Virus record (IMG/VR): IMGVR_UViG_3300029825_000035
Span: 1-31,363 of that record
DNA length: 31,363 bases
Reading direction: 5' to 3' (one strand)
DNA from: a virus
Taxonomy: Duplodnaviria > Caudoviricetes
Shown here piece after piece: positions 14,792 to 23,285 of this stretch. Position numbers and translations under genes: made by a program. The notes under the pieces were generated by a model. It saw only the letters and a program-made list of their open reading frames with translations, was not told the origin of the DNA and searched no databases. Each line of letters opens with the position of its first letter. The first letter of the stretch is position 1.

Positions 14792-16099
14792 TCACTCTAC
14801 ATTTTTGAACAATTCGTCAGTAAAATCTTCCCCGCGCTCCAGTGCCTTGTAAATATCTTCTTCCACGCTGCCTTTACAAATCAATTTGTAGTAGTAGCAA
14901 GGGCGGTCTTGCCCAATTCGATGAATGCGTTTTTGTGACTGCATGAACAATTCGCAACGCTCAGGCGGTGAGAAATAGATAACTTTGTTTGCTTTCTGCA
15001 AATTCAATCCCATTGCCCCGGCTTGATACTGCACGAAAGTAACACTATTTTCAAAGTCATTATAGCAAGTCAAATCTTTGTAATTGCCATTAATGAAAGA
15101 AGTTGGTCTGTTTCTTCCAGTATCCACCATTGCTTCCCACATCGTCATATACTCGTTGGAAAAATTGTAGAACACAATCAATCTATCATTTGTAGAGTCA
15201 AGCAAGTCCAAAAACGCTTGCAATTTTTCTTTGGAGTAAACCCCGCAAAGCTGCCTTGCGTAAAGTCGTTTGGTTAAATTTGTGTCACCGACCAATTCAG
15301 TCTCAAATTGCGTTGCTATGCAATTGCCCTTTACTTGCACAATGGAAGACTTCATGAATTTTTTGTATTCTTTTGAAGTTGAAACATTGACTTCAATGAA
15401 AGTTTGCTCTGGCAGGTCGAAACAATCTTCTGTTTTCAAAAAGACTGCGCCGTGTTCACGAAACTTATTTTTCAAGCGCTCCACGTTTTTGTAAGGATTC
15501 TCTTTGTCCACAACTTGGACATACTTACCACCCGTTAGTCGTAAAGTTTTCCAATTTACAAATTGACGTTTGTAAAGCGCTTCTGATATATCCCACCCAA
15601 GCAAATGTGCTTGCGTCCATAGGTTTTCATACTTGCCAGCAGTCGGAGTGCCAGAGAGTAGAATGACATTTTGTGCTTGCAGTTTTAAAATAAATTTTGT
15701 CTGCTTCGCTTTTCTATTTTGGATCAATGAACTTTCGTCAAGCATCAAAGTACCAATGTCAAGTTTCAGCAAATCTTTTCTTCTCCATGCCAACTCATAA
15801 TTGATAATACCGACACGCTCATATGGTGATTCGTCTTCTGAAAGAAGAAATGCTTTCATATCGACTTTGCTAGTCAAATCAAAAACCAAAAATTCCCCCA
15901 TATGATTCTGAAAAAAGTGTTCGTACCAATCGTTTATTTTTGATTTCTGGCATATAAGCAGATTCACCCTTTCCCCAAGTCGAACCATTTTTTCTGCACC
16001 TGTGAACGTTTTACCTAGCCCCATATCATGGTAGTACGCGACTTTATTTAGACCTTCCGTCTGCTCAAGCGCTTCTCTTTGATGCTTGTATAATTCCAT
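14792..16099 (-). CDS. SNF2-like SF2 helicase
   Basis: LYKHQ, DMGLGKT, IINYE, LDESS, LSGTP, GLNLQ, QS.KRIHRIGQ. Confidence 0.93.
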   Translation of the reverse strand: MELYKHQREALEQTEGLNKVAYYHDMGLGKTFTGAEKMVRLGERVNLLICQKSKINDWYEHFFQNHMGEFLVFDLTSKVDMKAFLLSEDESPYERVGIINYELAWRRKDLLKLDIGTLMLDESSLIQNRKAKQTKFILKLQAQNVILLSGTPTAGKYENLWTQAHLLGWDISEALYKRQFVNWKTLRLTGGKYVQVVDKENPYKNVERLKNKFREHGAVFLKTEDCFDLPEQTFIEVNVSTSKEYKKFMKSSIVQVKGNCIATQFETELVGDTNLTKRLYARQLCGVYSKEKLQAFLDLLDSTNDRLIVFYNFSNEYMTMWEAMVDTGRNRPTSFINGNYKDLTCYNDFENSVTFVQYQAGAMGLNLQKANKVIYFSPPERCELFMQSQKRIHRIGQDRPCYYYKLICKGSVEEDIYKALERGEDFTDELFKNVE

Positions 16100-16110
16100 T
16101 TCATCCCCCT

Positions 16111-16308
16111 TTAGCGGTCTTCATAGAATAGCACCCAATCAAACCCAAATACCTCACCAATGGCTTTTGCGGTGTCTATAGACGGCTTTGCAAGGCCACA
16201 CTCAATATTAGAAATGGTTTGACGGATAACGCCGACACGCTCCGCAAGCTGCTCTTGCGTAATGCCAGCAGCGGTTCTAACGTCCTTTAAATTAATCGTA
16301 AATATCAC
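16111..16308 (-). CDS. XRE/Cro-like helix-turn-helix regulator
   Basis: LKDVR...GITQEQLAERVGV.RQTISNIECG...PS; start codon uncertain (see findings). Confidence 0.9.
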   Translation of the reverse strand: MIFTINLKDVRTAAGITQEQLAERVGVIRQTISNIECGLAKPSIDTAKAIGEVFGFDWVLFYEDR

Positions 16309-16321
16309 CCCCTTTCAAGCC

Positions 16322-16350
16322 ATAGTATGTGAATTATTTTTATTGTTCAA
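16322..16350 (-). promoter_or_regulatory. putative sigma-A early promoter for the cro-helicase operon
   Basis: TTGAAC-17 bp-TACTAT directly upstream of the cro-like RBS. Confidence 0.55.
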
Positions 16351-16660
16351 TCAAAAGTTCGTCACAGTCTGCACAAATCACTTTGACTTTCTTGGTAGCA
16401 CGAATGATCATGCCACATTTTGGGCAAACATACTTTCTACTGCTAGACTTGCCAGCACCCTTTTTCTCTGGTGCTGCTTCTGCCTGTCTGTAAATCTCAA
16501 AAGAAGTTTTGTCAATGAAGTCCATAAAATCTTCAACTTCTGCAAGCGCCCCATCATCTAGCATGGTGTCAGAGAATCCATATTTTTCAGTGCTTCCAGC
16601 CAACAAACCATGCGCTTCGGCAGTCTCCTTGAACCGCTTATTATGGTACGTCCCGCCCCG
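16340..16660 (-). pseudogene. C-terminal fragment of SprT-like metalloprotease-domain protein
   Basis: RGGTYHNKRFKETAEAHGL...YG.S.T and SSSRKYVCPKCG.IIRATK.V.VIC.DC zinc ribbon; HExxH-containing N-terminus and start signals missing. Confidence 0.7.
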
Positions 16661-16677
16661 GTGTCAACCGGGGGCGG
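16652..16677. repeat. perfect GC-rich inverted repeat (11-bp stem, 4-nt loop)
   Basis: CCCGCCCCGGT-GTCA-ACCGGGGCGGG. Confidence 0.9.
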
Positions 16678-16785
16678 GGGAGGCGCTACAGTACTTACGT
16701 TACCTACAGTACTTATAAGGAAAAATTAAAACGTCGAAAATCGTTGATATTACAACATTTTTTAGACTTTTTTTGCGTCTATTCA

Positions 16786-16914
16786 GTATACAAATCTGCG
16801 GGGTTTGGTATACAAATCTGCGGGGTTTGGTATACAAAAGTGCGGGGTTTGGTATACAAATCTGCGGGGTTTGGTATACAAAAGTGCGGGGTTTGGTATA
16901 CAAATCTGCGGGGT
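16786..16914. repeat. 22-bp tandem repeat, about 5.9 copies (iteron-like)
   Basis: GTATACAAA(TC/AG)TGCGGGGTTTG starting at 16786, 16808, 16830, 16852, 16874, 16896. Confidence 0.97.
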
Positions 16915-17012
16915 ACTTATTTCGACATTTTAAACGGGTTTGACGGATATAAGGTGAGTTCAACCCCGGAATAAGCCCGCCCCGGCCAGTACGGACAGAA
17001 TAAAATATTTTC

Positions 17013-18611
17013 TCACGCTGCTCTCACCACTGCCAGAATGTCGTGGTTCCATTCATATCCGGACGTTACGCTCAAATTGATGTACTGCTTGTTAGCGTCT
17101 GTGATCGTCTTCCCTTCTCTGGCGGTCAGAATTGATCCGTCACCAATCCAGATGCCGATACTGCTATCGTGCACCAGCACATCACCAGGCTTTAATTTAG
17201 CTGCATATGCGGAGATTTTAGCATTGGGGTATGTAACTACGCACCAGATCAGCTTGTCCGCATTTACAAGCGATTTTTCTCCAGCACCAAAACCGGCTGC
17301 CGAGTGGCTCAAAATAATGCCAGATTCCAGAAGGCCAACCGCCTGCAGCACCCAGCTAACAAAATGGGCGCAACTGCACCCGGGCTTGTCCAGAGCCTTT
17401 GTGGCGGCGAAGGTGCCTTTTGCAATAAATCCTTTACCCTTGTAATGTAGCTTATGCTGCACGATATAGGAGGCATATGCTACTGCAGTTGTGACAATCG
17501 CGCATTGGATCAGCTTTGCATTGGTCTTCGGGCCAACAATCCCGTCCGTCGCAAGATCATTCAACCGCTGGAACTTGATAACCGCCGATCTGGTAAACGT
17601 GCCGAAAATGCCATCATCAGAAAGCGTACTGCCCACGATATTCAATCGCCGCTGCAGCCACTTAACCGCGTCACCCGTAGAACCAATCTTTAATAACGCC
17701 ATCAACTCACCGCTCACCGCCTTTTTCAGCGTCGACCATGTCTTAGGCCCTGCCACGCCATCAACGGACAACCCGGTCTGATGTTGGAAAACGCACACAG
17801 CGGCATGAGTTTTGTTTCCGAACTTCCCATCAACCGTCAGTTTATTTCCGAGCTTGTTAAGAGCGGATTGCAGCGTTTTCACCGCGCTACCGGCACAGCC
17901 CTTTTTAACTGTGCGGTATGTAGTCGCAGCACTGGAGGTTGCGCTTGCTGCTGCGCTGGAGGTCGCAGTTTTGCCGGTTGACAGATCGGTGTAGAAATAG
18001 GACTTGTCCACGGTCCCGCCAATACCGTCCACACTACCTTTACTAGTGTACTGCCATGCTGCATAGCTCTTAACCACCTTCGGCGGCGTGGTGCTGTATT
18101 TTGCCACCCAGAACGGGTAGGCGGACAGTTTTGACATGATCAGCTTTGTTCCAAACCAGCTATCACTAGCGTAGACACCAGCCTTATACCCTGCCGCTGT
18201 GATAGCAGCCAGGAACGCCTTGCCGCAGGTCGTGCGGTTGTCCGCGCTCAGTTTATTGAACGCCACGCCGTTGGCCCCATTTTGCCTTGTCAGCCCAGCG
18301 GCTTCGCTGTCCAGCCACACGCCGAAATTGATAGACGCTTTATATGGTGCTAGCAGCTTGATCAAATAAGCCGCGTCCGCTTCTGCCTGCGCAACGGTGA
18401 TCTGAGTCGTCCACCAGTAAACGCCGATCCGCTTTACTCCAGCGGAAATAGCGCCCGCAATGCGTTGCAGGAAAAGCGGGTCCGTGGCCAACGAGCCGCC
18501 GGTCCCCCGGTACCCCGCCCGGATCACAACGCCATCAATCTGCTTGACTGCCTTATCAAAATTAACGGACGAGTTCCACCGACTCACGTCGATAATGTTT
18601 AATTTTGCCAT
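17013..18611 (-). CDS. endolysin: GH25 muramidase, two PG-binding domains, C-terminal NlpC/P60-like domain
   Basis: IIDVSRWN, VVIRAGYRG, WLDSE, WVAKY, WQYTSKG; repeated G..V..LQ..L...DG.FG..T..AV..FQ...L..DG..GPKT; C-terminal C..FVSWVL...G and LKPGDVL. Confidence 0.93.
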   Translation of the reverse strand: MAKLNIIDVSRWNSSVNFDKAVKQIDGVVIRAGYRGTGGSLATDPLFLQRIAGAISAGVKRIGVYWWTTQITVAQAEADAAYLIKLLAPYKASINFGVWLDSEAAGLTRQNGANGVAFNKLSADNRTTCGKAFLAAITAAGYKAGVYASDSWFGTKLIMSKLSAYPFWVAKYSTTPPKVVKSYAAWQYTSKGSVDGIGGTVDKSYFYTDLSTGKTATSSAAASATSSAATTYRTVKKGCAGSAVKTLQSALNKLGNKLTVDGKFGNKTHAAVCVFQHQTGLSVDGVAGPKTWSTLKKAVSGELMALLKIGSTGDAVKWLQRRLNIVGSTLSDDGIFGTFTRSAVIKFQRLNDLATDGIVGPKTNAKLIQCAIVTTAVAYASYIVQHKLHYKGKGFIAKGTFAATKALDKPGCSCAHFVSWVLQAVGLLESGIILSHSAAGFGAGEKSLVNADKLIWCVVTYPNAKISAYAAKLKPGDVLVHDSSIGIWIGDGSILTAREGKTITDANKQYINLSVTSGYEWNHDILAVVRAA

Positions 18612-18632
18612 AGTTAATCCTCCCTTTTCAGT

Positions 18633-20960
18633 TTAATAAAAACACTCCGGGAGTATCCCACGGAGTGTAGTGTAAATTAGTTTGTTTCCGTTTTCCGTAG
18701 GGTGTACGCCATCGGACAGCCTATAATCAGCCGTGATGATACTGTACAAATCTACATATTTGTACCCGAGTGCTATAATCTGAGCGTTTGCGTCCGTTAC
18801 AAACGTGGTATTGTCTGTATCGGTGCGAATCGGGATCGTACACAATATCGGTTCGGCATCTTTGCTAACAACAAAATCAATAATTGATTGCAAATCAGCC
18901 ATAAATGTTGATACGGTTACACCGGGAGCGATACTATCATTTAGTCCGATATTGATATAAGCATATTTATAATTGCCCGCTAATCCATCAGTGGTTAATC
19001 TGTTGATTAGCTGGACTGTAGTAGCGCCACCATGCCCAGATGCAAAACAACGATCTCCTAGATCATCATGTACCAAATACGCAAACGCCTTGTTTGACTC
19101 CAACAAAGTTGTGCCGCACTCGACGTAGCTGTCACCGATTAAGAGTAAATCAAAGGTATCTGATACAGAATATTTCTGCGCCATTTCATACATGCGAAAC
19201 ATGCTGCTTCCGATAGCCTCAAACGCGATCCCACCCCAGCCTCTAATTTTATTAGTGAGCTGAGTATCTACGGCTGTATGCACGTATTCAAAAACTTTAG
19301 TTTGATCAGTCATACAAGACAACCGGAACGTGGTTTGATAGGTTCCGACTTTGATTATTTCTGCAATATAGTATTCGCCATACAACATATCAAAACTAAA
19401 AGTTAGATTCCGTTTAACGGAATCCGTTCCGCCCCAGTCAGAATGTTGAATTTGAAACGTTTTTGCGGACGGATCAACCAAACACCTATATCCGCAATTA
19501 TCTCCGTTTGCGTCTCTCGTACCAAAGGCAAACGATCCAATAGTGTTGATTTTAAACATCCAGGTGCATCTTTCGAATAGAGCATCAATAACCGCATTGC
19601 GATATACTTTAACCCCGTTAGATACTAAAAGAGACCCGTCCGAATCCAATGTTGGTGTTGTAATTGTACCAGCGTTGTCTTTTTTGAAATCTGAAAATGT
19701 CTTGTGCATCGACCAATAAGATTTAATGTTATCAAAATAAAATCTAATATTGGTATATGCGTAGTCAATTTCCGAAACAGATCCATCGGAGTTTTTCACA
19801 TCAATGAACATTTTTTCAAATGCAGTACCGTTATACGTTTCTGGTATAACATACTCAGATACAAACTCTGTATAACCTACCTGTACGTCGTCACTTGTGG
19901 CAAACCATACCCGTGCAGTGGATATGCCACCACATTTTATTTTTGTGCCAGCTGGCAAATCAGATAACGTTAACGCATCACTCATTAATCGCAGAGCGAT
20001 TACTCCGGTATCTGTGCCATCTTTTATTTTTGTGGTTTCTCCGTCAACGTAATTGACGTGGTACCCTCGCTGTAACGCGACGTAATATTCACCCAATCGT
20101 TTTCGTAGGTACTGCAAACTATCCGGTGTATGCCCTATTGCGTTGTACACGCCATTGCTTGTAACGAGATTATTACTGTCCTCTGTTGGTGCGTCATCTT
20201 TTTGAAGGTTAGGCGCAGAAATATTAAAATTAAACGTCACCGTCCCATCTGCATTTAGCACCTGCGAAAACACGCCGTCGATAGACGCACCGATTTTAAC
20301 GGGGTCGTAGGTAATCACGCCCTCTGCGCTTTTTGTCAGGCCAACCAGCCTGTTTCCATTCTCTGACTTGAAAAGAACAACGCCGGAAAACCCGTTAGGG
20401 ATAAGCGCAGCATCGTAGCCAGTTGCGGCGAATCCGTCTGCGGCCTCAATGCCTTTTAGAGAGACGATATCTCCGGTAATGGTTAGATCCCCGTCGATGC
20501 TCTGATTGCCTGTTTTCGTTACGGCGTTTGCTAATGTAGCAGCAGCGGCGTTTTTGCTTTCCAATGCGGATTGAGCTGACGCAGCAGCCGCATCTCTAGC
20601 AGCCTGCGCCGCCGCAACAGCCGTATTCATTTCCTCTTCGATTTCTGCCCAGGTGGTAATCTGAGTGGGTGTGTATACAAATCCAGAGGGTGCCGGTCTT
20701 TTTTCAACTGTCCATGCGTGCTTCTCGATGGAATGATCTGTTTTATACGCCCAGGCAAGCACTTGACCAGGCGTTAGAAACAGCTCGTTTGGAATAAGCA
20801 CTTTTCCGGCTACAACATCCATGCAAGCGGCGTCTTCTTGCCCTGGCATGTAGAAATGCACTTGCGTAGCATCTCCGGTAACAGTTAGATACTGGTCTTT
20901 ATCCCACTGATAAAAAAACTTGGTGCCTAACGCATTTGTTAACATGCTTTCAGTTGCCAT
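18633..20960 (-). CDS. large protein with BppU-like N-terminus and C-terminal SGNH/GDSL esterase
   Basis: FYQWD N-terminus, Ala-rich linker, D.APT..S.NLVTS.GVY; SGNH blocks IGDSY, GHGGAT, IGLND, DGVHP. Confidence 0.82.
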   Translation of the reverse strand: MATESMLTNALGTKFFYQWDKDQYLTVTGDATQVHFYMPGQEDAACMDVVAGKVLIPNELFLTPGQVLAWAYKTDHSIEKHAWTVEKRPAPSGFVYTPTQITTWAEIEEEMNTAVAAAQAARDAAAASAQSALESKNAAAATLANAVTKTGNQSIDGDLTITGDIVSLKGIEAADGFAATGYDAALIPNGFSGVVLFKSENGNRLVGLTKSAEGVITYDPVKIGASIDGVFSQVLNADGTVTFNFNISAPNLQKDDAPTEDSNNLVTSNGVYNAIGHTPDSLQYLRKRLGEYYVALQRGYHVNYVDGETTKIKDGTDTGVIALRLMSDALTLSDLPAGTKIKCGGISTARVWFATSDDVQVGYTEFVSEYVIPETYNGTAFEKMFIDVKNSDGSVSEIDYAYTNIRFYFDNIKSYWSMHKTFSDFKKDNAGTITTPTLDSDGSLLVSNGVKVYRNAVIDALFERCTWMFKINTIGSFAFGTRDANGDNCGYRCLVDPSAKTFQIQHSDWGGTDSVKRNLTFSFDMLYGEYYIAEIIKVGTYQTTFRLSCMTDQTKVFEYVHTAVDTQLTNKIRGWGGIAFEAIGSSMFRMYEMAQKYSVSDTFDLLLIGDSYVECGTTLLESNKAFAYLVHDDLGDRCFASGHGGATTVQLINRLTTDGLAGNYKYAYINIGLNDSIAPGVTVSTFMADLQSIIDFVVSKDAEPILCTIPIRTDTDNTTFVTDANAQIIALGYKYVDLYSIITADYRLSDGVHPTENGNKLIYTTLRGILPECFY

Positions 20961-21148
20961 TAAGACACCTCCGGAAGACCTGCAACACTGGTCAGCAGGC
21001 TCAAGATTCCTGCCAGCGCTGCTGCGCTTGCGACTGCAACCCAGTTCACGCCGCCCATAGCGGCAGCCGTTCCAATGGTTGCGATCCCTGCCTGTGCTAC
21101 TGTTTTAATTGCGCGGACGCCCGCTGCTTTCCACCAATTTTTACCCAT
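20960..21148 (-). CDS. holin (r1t-like)
   Basis: WWKAAGVRAIKTVAQ ... VNW..V.S...LA..LSLLTS.AGLPEV. Confidence 0.9.
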   Translation of the reverse strand: MGKNWWKAAGVRAIKTVAQAGIATIGTAAAMGGVNWVAVASAAALAGILSLLTSVAGLPEVS

Positions 21149-21572
21149 TTTTATCTTCCTTTCTTTTCGACGTGTGCTTTAATACGTCGATTGCGTTAAT
21201 GATTACCTGCGGGACCGGTACACCCATAAGTCCCGCATTTTCAACAATAGAAATACTCTCGCTCGCGGTGAATGCAATGCACACCGCGTCCTTAACATAT
21301 GTAGTCCCCATTGCCAGATCAAGCCGGTACGCCACCAATACAAGCGCCAGAATCATACACTTTCGCACTAGTCCCTTAAAACACGCTTTACTTTCCAGGG
21401 CTCCGTTCGGACTCTTCTGGCTCTTGTGGAACACCCCGGCACAAACTAGACCAGATGCATAGTCAATTGCCATAAGCGTTAGCAGCGTTGTCATAGCGGC
21501 ATTCCATCCACCAAACAACGCTGCTATTGCTGCTCCAAAAGCGCCAAACACCAAACAAACAAAATCCTTCAT
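21141..21572 (-). CDS. holin (toxin secretion/phage lysis holin family 4)
   Basis: LFGGW...L..LM.IDY.SG, L.S...FKGL.RK, E.ISIVENAGLMGVPVP. Confidence 0.92.
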   Translation of the reverse strand: MKDFVCLVFGAFGAAIAALFGGWNAAMTTLLTLMAIDYASGLVCAGVFHKSQKSPNGALESKACFKGLVRKCMILALVLVAYRLDLAMGTTYVKDAVCIAFTASESISIVENAGLMGVPVPQVIINAIDVLKHTSKRKEDKNG

Positions 21573-21597
21573 CTTCGTTTCCTCTGCTTCTTATTTT

Positions 21598-22815
21598 TTA
21601 GACCGGGTATGTTATGCTGAAATTGTATTCTCTGTTTGCGGTACCGCCTTGAATGGCAAGGCCTCCGGTAGCTTGTACCCGCACTCTCGCAGGATCGTCA
21701 GATGCAGAATACCAACTTGGAACTGTTGGTGTGATATTTGCTCCATGCTCAGGAGCGGGTACTTTTTCAGAGTCTAACACTTGCGTGAAATTCGTAACCG
21801 CAGCGCTTGGCTTTAGATATCCAAATACCTGACACCAACCAATTTTTTTAACCACAACTATAGACCCTCCAGATAAAACACCACCATCGAAAGAAGTATA
21901 GGTTTGCTGCCCGTTCCCAGGAACAGTGATCTCGTTATTTTCCGATATGATTTGCATGTTACCCGTGCAATGCAGCGTCAAGTCGCCGCTTTGGTCTAGT
22001 GTGATCTGACTGTACTTTACATCTTCCGTCACGGAAGCGTAGGTGGTCGCGGTCAGAACAATTTCGTTTGCACTTGAACTTTCCGGGTCTTCCGGGTCCT
22101 CGTAATTCGCCTGAATTCCAATATACCCCGTCTCGTTTTTGATTACTTCCATGTTAAAGGACTGCGTAGAGATGACATCTGCAAACAAGCTGTTGACGTC
22201 AATGGCTTTCGCCTGGAATAATTGCGGTATCCATGCTGTTCCATTCCAGGAGTACATTTTGTTTCCATTGGATGTATCGTACCACGCATCGTTTACCGAA
22301 TATGTTCCTCCGGTTGGCGCAGTTGCTTGATAATATGAGGCTGTTTTGGAGTTTATCTTTTCATCTTGCGCATCTACCCACGCGGTTCCATCCCACCTGT
22401 AAAGGTGGTTCCCGTCGTTTGTGTCATACCACAGATCACCGACAGTAAAAACATATTCGTCTGGATTCGGCTCTTCGTCTTGGTGATACGTCTGGATCTT
22501 TGCATCTCCGGTTACCTGTGCGCCGCCGGTTGCCAGCGTGGAATCAGCATCCGATCTGTCAAACTGATCCACAAGCTCGTCGTCGTATTCCTCAGTTTCT
22601 TCCGTGTCATCAATCGGATATTCCTGATCCGCGTTTTCGTCCACCTCAGACCAGATATAATCGTCTGGATTGGTGGATTCGTCCGCGCTCGAGCTGTTGT
22701 ACTGGCCGATATACGTTGCATCGTCGTTTTCCGTGATGGAGAAATCGACAGATCCATCAGAGGCGTTGGAATATGCAGTGTGCAGATATGAGTTACCGTT
22801 AATCTGAAAAACCAT
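21598..22815 (-). CDS. tail fibre / receptor-binding protein
   Basis: YLHTAYSN..DG...FS...YIG.Y....S.NP.DY.W antireceptor-type module; two W-Y-D-T..GN..Y.W.G.AW repeats. Confidence 0.75.
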   Translation of the reverse strand: MVFQINGNSYLHTAYSNASDGSVDFSITENDDATYIGQYNSSSADESTNPDDYIWSEVDENADQEYPIDDTEETEEYDDELVDQFDRSDADSTLATGGAQVTGDAKIQTYHQDEEPNPDEYVFTVGDLWYDTNDGNHLYRWDGTAWVDAQDEKINSKTASYYQATAPTGGTYSVNDAWYDTSNGNKMYSWNGTAWIPQLFQAKAIDVNSLFADVISTQSFNMEVIKNETGYIGIQANYEDPEDPESSSANEIVLTATTYASVTEDVKYSQITLDQSGDLTLHCTGNMQIISENNEITVPGNGQQTYTSFDGGVLSGGSIVVVKKIGWCQVFGYLKPSAAVTNFTQVLDSEKVPAPEHGANITPTVPSWYSASDDPARVRVQATGGLAIQGGTANREYNFSITYPV

Positions 22816-22823
22816 TTCTCACC

Positions 22824-23285
22824 TCAGATCATTGCGATCCAGTTAACGATTGTGTTAACTACGTTCGTCCGGTTCAGTGTGATAGAAAAACCGGTTGTGC
22901 TGATGCTGGTTACGCCGAACGATACCTTGGCAGGAGATCCGGTGACGGGCGTTGCTGAAACAATCGGAACGGATGTAAACGCTTGAGGAAATAAAACAGA
23001 TTTTGTATATGTTGTGTTGGCGGCCTTTACAGTTACCGTAGCTTTCCCGCATTGCACGTTTCGCACATTGACGTTCCCGTTCGCGTCGATAGTAAACTCT
23101 TGCATAGCAGCGTCGACAGCATCCGCAATCTCAGTATTAAGGTTTTCCGCGTTGAGCGGAGTACCTGGGTTGGTTTCCTCTCCCTCATCCCGCACAACGT
23201 CATACGTCTTAACGTCATTAGCATCTGTAACGTTTGTCAACGTCACCCTGCCAGGGTACTGTACCACCCTATCTTCAAAAGCCAT
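22824..23285 (-). CDS. minor tail protein with H-type-lectin/gp53-like C-terminus
   Basis: DRVVQYPGR, GTPLNAENLN, Q.G......V.FPQAFTSVP.V, TTGF, VNWIA. Confidence 0.7.
   Translation of the reverse strand: MAFEDRVVQYPGRVTLTNVTDANDVKTYDVVRDEGEETNPGTPLNAENLNTEIADAVDAAMQEFTIDANGNVNVRNVQCGKATVTVKAANTTYTKSVLFPQAFTSVPIVSATPVTGSPAKVSFGVTSISTTGFSITLNRTNVVNTIVNWIAMI

Noticed and set aside
16786-16914. CRISPR array or mini-array
   Set aside because: Repeats are directly tandem with no unique spacers; no cas genes
16700-16974. ORFs 16700..16963 (-) and 16744..16974 (+)
   Set aside because: They only translate the 22-bp repeat (period not a multiple of 3) and lack convincing RBSs
21598-23285. Diversity-generating retroelement or invertible tail-fibre shufflon
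   Set aside because: No reverse transcriptase, invertase, or near-identical template/variable repeat pair seen in the window
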